Assembly (NCBI GenBank): GCA_039026755.1
Contig: JBCCLR010000002.1
Coordinates: 1-57,632 of the forward strand
Direction: 5' to 3'
Source: Pseudomonadota bacterium
GTDB taxonomy: Bacteria > Pseudomonadota > Alphaproteobacteria > Sphingomonadales > CAKZYD01
Length of the DNA stretch: 57,632 nucleotides
Each line of letters starts with the position of its first letter. Positions within the stretch are counted from its first letter, which is position 1. Made by a program: the position numbers and the translations under genes. Of the stretch, positions 48,182-56,200 are shown piece by piece. Under the pieces are notes generated by a model. That model ran no database searches and was not told the DNA's origin. It saw only the letters and a list, made by a program, of their open reading frames with translations.

Positions 48182-48313
48182 GGCCGGGCGGCTGAAGCGG
48201 CAAAAGCGCAGGTGCAAAAAACTGTATCCAAAACACTGCGCTCAACCGCTCTATAGTCTAGGGCAAAAGTTCGCTGACGACTTTTGACGCTAAAAAAAAG
48301 CGTGACCATAGCT

Positions 48314-48838
48314 ATGCAAGAACACCGCAGCAGCCGGCCTACAGAAGACCTGGAGAAAGCCTATAAGGCGTTTTCGCCAACGCTGCTGCGCTATTTGACA
48401 GCGCGGCTGGGCAACGTTCATGACGCGCAAGATATCGCTCAAGAGGGTTATTTGCGGCTCCTGCGGGTGCAAGAGGCGGATGTCATCGAAAAATTGGAAG
48501 GCTATCTCTTTAGGATCGTCACCAATCTTGCAAATGAGCATTTGTATAAAAAGGGCCGATCGCTTGAGACACTTGATCTTGATGCGTTGATGGAACGCGG
48601 CGGAGATGGCGACCGCTATGCCGGCGAAGCCCAGCTTGAAGCGCGTGCGGCACTGGATAGACTGGATAAAATTCTTCATCATCTACCACCGCTCTACCGC
48701 GCTGTTTTGCTACTGCGCAAACGCGATGGCTATTCGCATGCGGAAATTGCACAGCGCTTGGGAAAATCAAAAGCCACCGTGCACATTTATTTAACGCGGG
48801 CGCTGAGCCGCTGCCGGGAACTGTGGGAGGAGGGATAA
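48314..48838 (+). CDS. ECF (FecI-like) sigma factor
   Basis: Region 2 (DAQDIAQEGYLRLL...YLFRIVTNLANE) and region 4 (LLLRKRDGYSHAEIAQRLGKSKATVHIYL). Confidence 0.88.
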   Translation: MQEHRSSRPTEDLEKAYKAFSPTLLRYLTARLGNVHDAQDIAQEGYLRLLRVQEADVIEKLEGYLFRIVTNLANEHLYKKGRSLETLDLDALMERGGDGDRYAGEAQLEARAALDRLDKILHHLPPLYRAVLLLRKRDGYSHAEIAQRLGKSKATVHIYLTRALSRCRELWEEG

Positions 48839-48842
48839 AAAA

Positions 48843-49937
48843 ATGAATACCTCTTTTAACAAACAGATCGCTGAAGATGCCGCTGCCTGGGCTGTGGCGC
48901 TCGATGACGGTCCACTTGAACACGATCAAAAACAAGCGTTGCTTGATTGGCTAAAAACGTCTCCCGTGCATCTTGATGAGTTTTTGTTGGCACTGTCGAT
49001 TTTGGAAGGCTCGGCGCTCACACCGCGTAGCGCACGTTTAAACACTGACGATCTTTTGCAGCAGATCTCAGGGGATGTTTTGGCATTTAAGGGCTCAGCC
49101 GCTGCGCTTCAGGCAGAGCCGACACCCAGCAGCCGCCTAAAATTATCCCCTAAACGCTACGGAATTCTTGCTGCGGGCGTCATCGGCTTGTGCGCAACGA
49201 TAATCAGTCTCGCTTTGCAAAAAAACACGGTCGATCCACAACCAGATGCCGCGATGCTCATTCGCACCGCACTCGGCGAACAGCGCAGCGTACCGCTACC
49301 CGATGGCTCTATAATTGTTATCAATACCCAATCCCAACTCAAAATTGGCTACACCGATACGGTGCGAGAAATTGAGATTTATACGGGAGAAGCCCTGTTT
49401 GATGTGGCAAAGGACCCTGTCCGGCCATTTCGCGTGATTGCCGGGCCGAGCGTGGCAGAAGCAGTCGGCACGCGCTTTAATGTTCGGCATATTAACGATA
49501 AAATCGATGTCGCAGTCATCGAAGGGATCGTCGCGTTTGCGCCAAAGAATAGCCGTTTTGATGACATCGTGCGTGTCGCAGGTGCAGGAGACGACAGAAG
49601 CCTTGAACAGGGCAAAGTTATCTTAAACGCGGGCGAGCGTACAAATATGAGCGCGACGACAAAAATTCCGATTATAGCCGGCATCAGCACGGATGCTGTG
49701 ACCGCATGGACAGCGCGCCGCCTTGTTTTCAGCGGAGATGACCTGAGCACAATTGTGGCGGAGTTTAATCGCTACAACATACGCAAGTTAGTGATCAGCG
49801 ATGACAGCCTGGCAAAGGAAAGACTATCCGGTGTGTTTGCTGCGGATGACCCATCATCACTCATCGATTTTTTAAAGCTCACACGCGGCATGCGAACAGC
49901 GCAGTCAGATCACGAGTTGGGCATACGACTGGAATAA
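48843..49937 (+). CDS. FecR-family anti-sigma factor
   Basis: N-terminus AAAWAVAL..ALLDWLKTSPVHLDEF, a TM segment, and a FecR domain (LPDGSIIVINTQSQL). Confidence 0.85.
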   Translation: MNTSFNKQIAEDAAAWAVALDDGPLEHDQKQALLDWLKTSPVHLDEFLLALSILEGSALTPRSARLNTDDLLQQISGDVLAFKGSAAALQAEPTPSSRLKLSPKRYGILAAGVIGLCATIISLALQKNTVDPQPDAAMLIRTALGEQRSVPLPDGSIIVINTQSQLKIGYTDTVREIEIYTGEALFDVAKDPVRPFRVIAGPSVAEAVGTRFNVRHINDKIDVAVIEGIVAFAPKNSRFDDIVRVAGAGDDRSLEQGKVILNAGERTNMSATTKIPIIAGISTDAVTAWTARRLVFSGDDLSTIVAEFNRYNIRKLVISDDSLAKERLSGVFAADDPSSLIDFLKLTRGMRTAQSDHELGIRLE

Positions 49938-50102
49938 GCCTTGAAGGTGCTAAGGAATTGGCTTTTACGCGGCCCAGCAACACCAATCAGCGGTCAAACA
50001 TACCCTCTTTCGCTATGGCATGACGCTGGATCTATGTCATAAGATCTTGGCAGATCACTCAACAATAGGTGGTGGCTCCCATCGGTCAGGGGCGAGATCG
50101 TC

Positions 50103-51401
50103 TCAGCTCTCGCGCCAAGCCTTGTTCATACTGTCTTTGATGGGCTTAAAGAAATAGGTCAGCGGGGTGCGTGATCCGGTTTTAATGAGCACGTCTGCCG
50201 GCATGCCGGGGAGCAGCGGGTTTTCGCCCAGGCGCGCGACTTCTTGTTCGGGGACGCTGATGCGCGCAATGTAGAACGGTAGATCACGGTTCGGGTCGAC
50301 CATACTGTCGGCAGAGACGTAAATGACCTTGCCGGAGAGCTTCGGCGTGGAGCGCTGCGAAAACGCGGTGAATTGAACATCAGCGTCCAAGCCCAGCTGA
50401 ACGCTATCAATGTCTATGGGCTGCACTTTCGCTTCTACGATCAGGTCATCATCGTGCGGGACAATTTCCAGGACGGTTTCGCCAGGTTGAACAACGCCGC
50501 CCACCGTATGAACCGCAAGGCCGACAACATAGCCGCTCGATGTCGCGCGCAGATCTGTTTGCTCTAAGGTGTATGACGCAGCCCCGAGACGTTCCTCAAG
50601 ATCAAACAGCTGGGTTTCTTGATCCTGCAGCTCAATTACGATTTGTTCGATGCGGGCCTTGCGCAACTGCAAAATTTCGAGCTCTGCCTCACTAATCGCG
50701 CGCTTGGCCCTGGCAATGGAGGCGATATGTTCCCCTGCCTCGCCCTCCAAGCTGGACGCTTCACGCTCTAAGGCAAGCACCCTAGTGCGCGCGGTATAGC
50801 CCTTTTCCAGGAGTTCATAGAGCCCCGCCAATTCGTCTTCGATCAGCTGAATTTGTTTTTGCTTGGCCGTTGCTTGTTTCTCAAGGCCGCGAATTTCCTC
50901 TCTGAGCTGACCAATGCGCTCCTCGACCATTGCAACTTCGCCAAAATAGGTTTCTTGCCTGGCCCGAAACATCTTTTCCTGGCTTGCCAATATTTCAGCA
51001 ACAGCCGGAGCATTGGCACGGCTGCGCAAATCGCCGGGAAACATGATGGCGTCACGTTGGTCGCGTTCAGCATTGAGACGGGCAATTGAAGCACGGGTTG
51101 TGTCATAATTGCCTTGAATGATTTGATGCGAAGCTGCCGCGCGGGTCCGGTCGAGCGTTAACAACACATCACCGGTCTGCACATAATCGCCATTCTTTAC
51201 ATTCAGTGCGGTGACGACGCCGCCCTCTAAAGACTGAACTTTCTTTCTGTTGGTAAACACCTTAACCGTCCCCTGCGAGACTACAGCGCTGGCTATTTGT
51301 GCAACTGCGGCCCAAGTTCCAAAGCCTCCAAACGCTGTGAGAATAATTACCAGGCCAAGCATGACCAGCCGCCTCAGTTCAATGGGAAAGGTCTCTCTCA
51401 T
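50103..51401 (-). CDS. HlyD-family type I secretion membrane-fusion protein
   Basis: N-terminal TM segment, a long coiled-coil, a lipoyl/barrel segment, and a C-terminal LLPGMPADVLI. Confidence 0.9.
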   Translation of the reverse strand: MRETFPIELRRLVMLGLVIILTAFGGFGTWAAVAQIASAVVSQGTVKVFTNRKKVQSLEGGVVTALNVKNGDYVQTGDVLLTLDRTRAAASHQIIQGNYDTTRASIARLNAERDQRDAIMFPGDLRSRANAPAVAEILASQEKMFRARQETYFGEVAMVEERIGQLREEIRGLEKQATAKQKQIQLIEDELAGLYELLEKGYTARTRVLALEREASSLEGEAGEHIASIARAKRAISEAELEILQLRKARIEQIVIELQDQETQLFDLEERLGAASYTLEQTDLRATSSGYVVGLAVHTVGGVVQPGETVLEIVPHDDDLIVEAKVQPIDIDSVQLGLDADVQFTAFSQRSTPKLSGKVIYVSADSMVDPNRDLPFYIARISVPEQEVARLGENPLLPGMPADVLIKTGSRTPLTYFFKPIKDSMNKAWRES

Positions 51402-51413
51402 ACTCTATCTCTG

Positions 51414-53135
51414 CTAGGCTCGTGCGGCGGTTTTGGGTTTTGCGCCGCCGGCTTGAACGGCGCGGGTGACTTTCGGTAGCACTTCAGTGCGCGGACCAAA
51501 GTGTTCAATCATGCCGCCGCGCAGCACCATGAGCACGTCGACGACAGACAAAACAGAGGGCCTATGCGCGATCACGATGGCCGTGGCACCGCGCTTTTTT
51601 AGGCCAATTAAAGCTTGCCGAAGCGCCTCTTCACCATCGCTATCTAAATTGGAATTGGGCTCATCAAGGACCACCAATTGCGGCGCTCCATAAAGCGCCC
51701 GCGCAAGGCCTATGCGTTGGCGTTGCCCGCCTGATAGGGCCTGCCCCCCCGCACCGATTTGCGTGTCATAGCCTTTCTCAAGCCTTAAAATAAGGTCATG
51801 GACGTCAGCAGCACGCGCCGCATCAATCACCGCCTGCGGGTCTGCCTCGCCGAAGCGGCAGATGTTGTCTGCAACCGTACCGTCAAATAGTTCCACATCC
51901 TGTGGCAGATAGCCAAGATGGGGGCCGAGCGCGATGGGGTCCCAATGGCTGATGTCTGCGCCATCTAGGCGCACGGCTCCCTTTGATGGCTGCCAGACGC
52001 CCACAAGCAGCCGGGCTAATGTGGATTTGCCTGCCGCACTGGGGCCAATAATACCCAGGCACTTGCCTGCTTCCAGGCCAAAGGAAATGCCCTTAATGAC
52101 CGGGTCGCTCGCGCCCGGCGGTGCGGCAATCAACTTTTCAGCTGTCAGCTGCCCAACCGGAGCTGGAAGCTGAAGCGGCTTTTCATCCTGCTCCGATAAA
52201 GCCAAAAAATCACTCAGCCGGCCAAAGCCAGCGCGGGCAAGAACGAAATTACGCCAGCTGTTGATCGCGCCCTCAACTGGTGCAAGGGCGCGGCCCATGA
52301 TGATGGACGATGCGATCATCACACCAGGCGTAATGTGCTCGAGTAAAGCAAGATAAGCACCCGTCCCCAGCATCGCGATTTGTAAACAGGGCCGAATAAA
52401 CTTTGCTGCAGCGGTGAGGCTCCCTGCGCGGTCGCTGGCTTTGGACTGCGCAGCGAGCCCTTTGGAATGCTGCCTAAGCCAGCGCTGTTTTAGGCCCGGC
52501 AGCATACCAAGCGCCGTAACCACCTCAACATTGCGCAAGGCACTTTCAGTAAAGCGCGTTGCCGCGCTATTCGCCCCGGAGGCTTCAAGTAGCAAATCCC
52601 GGGTCATGGTCTCGCTCACAAACGCGAGGGTGAACAGCATTAAGGCACCCCCCAAAGCAATCAGGCCTAAAACCGGATGAAACACAAAAATGATAGCCAA
52701 AAAGACCGGCGCCCATGGCGCATCAAAAAACGTGATCAGGCCTGGGCCGGTGAGGAATGTGCGCAGCACATCCATGTCCTTCAGCGGCTGTACGGACCGA
52801 TCAGCGCCATGTTGGCGCGCGGCAAACAGACCTGAGAATAAGGTATCTTGCAGCCGCTCTTCAAAATAGAGACCCAGCCTCACCAGAACGCGCGCACGCA
52901 CCAATTCAAGCAAGGCGCTAGTGAAGATCAACCCAACCGCCACAAACGTCAGGTACACCAGCGTTGGCAGGCTGCCAGAAGACAATACCCGGTCATAAAT
53001 CTGCAGCATGTACAGCGGGCCCACCAGCATCAAGAGATTGATGCAAAAACTGAACAGGCCTACTGAGCCAAAAATCCTCTTTGCACTGGCGAGAACCTGT
53101 TGCAGCGGTGATCTGGGTTTATGCGATGGTTGCAT
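51414..53135 (-). CDS. Type I secretion ABC transporter permease/ATPase (PrtD/AprD type, without a C39 domain)
   Basis: Walker A GPSAAGKST, ABC signature LSGGQRQR, and Walker B LVVLDEP. The ATG at 53135 is preferred. Confidence 0.9.
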   Translation of the reverse strand: MQPSHKPRSPLQQVLASAKRIFGSVGLFSFCINLLMLVGPLYMLQIYDRVLSSGSLPTLVYLTFVAVGLIFTSALLELVRARVLVRLGLYFEERLQDTLFSGLFAARQHGADRSVQPLKDMDVLRTFLTGPGLITFFDAPWAPVFLAIIFVFHPVLGLIALGGALMLFTLAFVSETMTRDLLLEASGANSAATRFTESALRNVEVVTALGMLPGLKQRWLRQHSKGLAAQSKASDRAGSLTAAAKFIRPCLQIAMLGTGAYLALLEHITPGVMIASSIIMGRALAPVEGAINSWRNFVLARAGFGRLSDFLALSEQDEKPLQLPAPVGQLTAEKLIAAPPGASDPVIKGISFGLEAGKCLGIIGPSAAGKSTLARLLVGVWQPSKGAVRLDGADISHWDPIALGPHLGYLPQDVELFDGTVADNICRFGEADPQAVIDAARAADVHDLILRLEKGYDTQIGAGGQALSGGQRQRIGLARALYGAPQLVVLDEPNSNLDSDGEEALRQALIGLKKRGATAIVIAHRPSVLSVVDVLMVLRGGMIEHFGPRTEVLPKVTRAVQAGGAKPKTAARA

Positions 53136-53160
53136 GAACAAAAATATCCGAAAAAGGCGC

Positions 53161-53188
53161 AAGGGAGCAGCATCTCTGCTGCTCCCTT
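53161..53188 (-). terminator. Strong hairpin (12-bp perfect stem, 4-nt loop) between the RTX gene and the T1SS ABC gene
   Basis: AAGGGAGCAGCA-TCTC-TGCTGCTCCCTT. On the coding (-) strand it is followed by GCGCCTTTTTCGG. Confidence 0.6.
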
Positions 53189-53216
53189 GACTTGCCTATG
53201 AAAGACCGGAAACCCG

Positions 53217-56200
53217 CTAGAGAATTGCGATATCACCTTCGGACAGGTCGTCCTTATCAAACCCAAGCAGGGTGATGGTATCGCCCGTGTCATTGAGCGT
53301 AAGGACGGTGCGGCTGCCGACCTGCTGCGCATCGTTAATCAGTCCCGCAGCGTCAAGCCCGCTAAAGCCGCTCAGCGTGATCAAGTCTTCGCCTGGCTCA
53401 AAATCGCGAATGATATCCTGTCCGGAGCCTGGCTCGAAGCTGAAGATATCTGCATTATCGCCGCCGCTTAGCCAGTCATTGCCTGCGCCGCCGTTTAGAA
53501 TATCTTCGCCCGTGCCGCCTTTCAAAACATCATTGCCGAGACCGCCGTTGAGGACATCATCGCCTTTACCGCCAAGCAGGATATCAGCACCTGCATCGCC
53601 GTTCAGTGTATCATCGCCCAGGCCGGCCCTTAAGGTGTCATCCCCGAGGCCACCGAAGAGTACATCCTCACCGTTGCCGCCGTTGAGCATATCATCGCCT
53701 TCATCGCCAAAGAGACTGTCATCACCTCGGCCGCCCATCAGATGGTCGCCTTCAGTGCCACCCACTAACGTATCATCGCCGCGACCGCCTTGGATAAAGT
53801 CCCGGCCTGCATCGCCATGCATGACATCATGGCCATTGGTGCCGACCATCTTATCGTCCTGAGATGTCTCAGCCATATCACCATCGCCATCGTCCGCATT
53901 GTCCGGAGCAGGCACCTCAACCGCTGCGGTGAGTTGCTGAGCTTGCGCTGATTCTGCCATATCGAGGCCATCCAGAACTGTGTCCGTGCGCACCGACAGG
54001 TTCTGGATGCGGGTATCATTTTCCGGGTCGGTTTCAGCCACATTAAAGGCGGTGTCTGTAAAGTTCGCCGCCAAGAATTCGGCCAAAGCATCTTGTTCAG
54101 ACCCAGCCGGCGCAAAAGTTGCAATGCCGTCTGGTAAGCCTTGCCCTTCCAGATCAACCCGATTTGCAAAGCCCGCATCTGCATCGACAAAACCAGCGAA
54201 AGGATAATTGTCTCCGCCACCGGCAATGAAATCAAGCGTAACCACGCGGATCGTCCGGCCCGGATCAACCACAGCGCCGTTTTCGACCAGTGCTTCTGTT
54301 GGGTCACCATTCTCATCAATCAGCGCAGCAGAGATGACCCGCGAGCCGGCAGGCTGACTTGGATCAAAGGAGAAGGAAATCCCACCAAATTGGCCAAATT
54401 GGCCAGGTGTCGCCCCTGGCGCTGTTGCCGAAACAGCGTGCTCAATCACCTCAAGCAACTGCTCAGATGTCAATGTAATCAGTGTCAAACCATTGTTAAA
54501 GCGTAGGGAATTGGAGATATCGAGCTGCGATATATCGCCGATCTCTTTACCTGCTGCCGGGTTGGCTTGCGGCGGAAGCAGATCGCCCTGCGGGCTGGTT
54601 TCACCGATCGGTGCACGCATGCCGCCGCCGTTTTTGATCGAGACTTCAACACTCGCATCAAATGCTTGCGCAACGGCCAGGTTCGCATCGGCCGTCAGGT
54701 TCCCGAAATTTGTTTCTTCCGTCCGCACTTCGGAACGACGACCGTCCAGATAGACATCGGTAGAGCCGAAGATATTGCCATCTTGCGCTTGAACGATGCC
54801 GGAAACCTCGCTGACCAGCTCTTCAACAAGGTCGCCTTTGGTGCCATCAGCGAACGGATCGTCCTCACCCCATAGCGCTGCAACCGCCGCATCCGTCGTT
54901 GCAAAGGACCCGGAGATATCTTCGTCGGTCGCATTGCCGTCTTCATCGAGGATGATCACGCCATCTTCATCAAAGTCGACAACCAGTCGGCCGACATACG
55001 CATACTCCTCACCGGTGGACACAACGACCACTGGGTCGCCATCCGCATTGGTCGTCGTGAAGGGGTAGTCCGCATCCGGCATATCACCGGGCTGCAGGCC
55101 GCGCTCAACATCTTCAGCGTCGGCAAGCAAAGTGCCAGAGCCACCGGCAATGATCACATCCACACCGCGCAGCAAGGTTGCTAGTTCTTGCTCAAGGGCA
55201 ATTTGCTGCAAGTGGCTTACCAAGACGATCTTGTTTACGCCGTCAGCAACCAGTGCATCGATAGTCGGTTGCAGGATTTGCGCTAAGGCAGGCATATCGT
55301 TTTCATTCGGCCCAATGACTGTTGTGCCACTTGGCGATGAAATGCTTTCGAGCACCTGCGTTGTGGCCCCAACCACGCCGATGCGCTCACCATTTTCTTC
55401 AATGGTCGTCGCCGGCGCGATCTTTGGAATAGAGCTATCCCCCGCAAGGCTTTCCTTCGGCCCAGTGGCAAAGGCCGTGTTGGGCAGAATATCGCTGGTG
55501 AACAGGTTGTTCAAATCACCGTCGCCGGAGAAGTCTAGGTTGGCGGACAGGTATGGGAACTGCGCGCCGACCCATCGGTCATCGCCAAGCCCTGGGTCGC
55601 GGAAGTCCTCTTCAATGATGTTTTCAAAGGCATCTGAACCGAGGTCGAATTCATGGTTGCCGACCGCAGATGCGTCAAAACCAATGACATTCATGATCGA
55701 AATATCAACCCGGCCGCCGCCTTCACGCAGCCCAGCATAAGCATCCATGAGATCGCCAGGCAGGCCAAACAGCTCATTATAAACATCGTTGAAGATACCA
55801 TCATCGCGGAATACGCGATCGCTGGCTGCATTTAAAAATGGTCCCGGCAGATAGTTGTCACCAGCAGAGAGGATGATGGTGTTTTCGTAGGTCTCTTCCA
55901 GCGCATCAACCATGGCTGCAAAGTTTGGCGCTGCATCAATGGCATTGACCCCGCCCTCCAGATCGGACGCATGCAATATTTGCAGCGTGAAGTCTGGCTC
56001 TTTTGGCGGCAGATCAATCTCCCAAATCGATGTGGTTGCGCTCGCCTCATTGGCAACCACCAAGAGCGGCTCACCATTGGGGCTATCTTCGGCAGAGATG
56101 AAAGCAAGACCTTCCGGTGCCACATCTTGCACCATGCCGCTGGCCTCGCTGCCGCCAGCGTTGCGCATATTTACATATTGCACAAACTCAGAATTCGCCG

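Noticed and set aside
53272-53862. 196-aa + strand ORF rich in S/P/R repeats (SPRPP...)
   Set aside because: It is the antisense shadow of the RTX nonapeptide-repeat coding region. The periodic GGxGxD codons keep the opposite strand open, and there is no independent coding signal.
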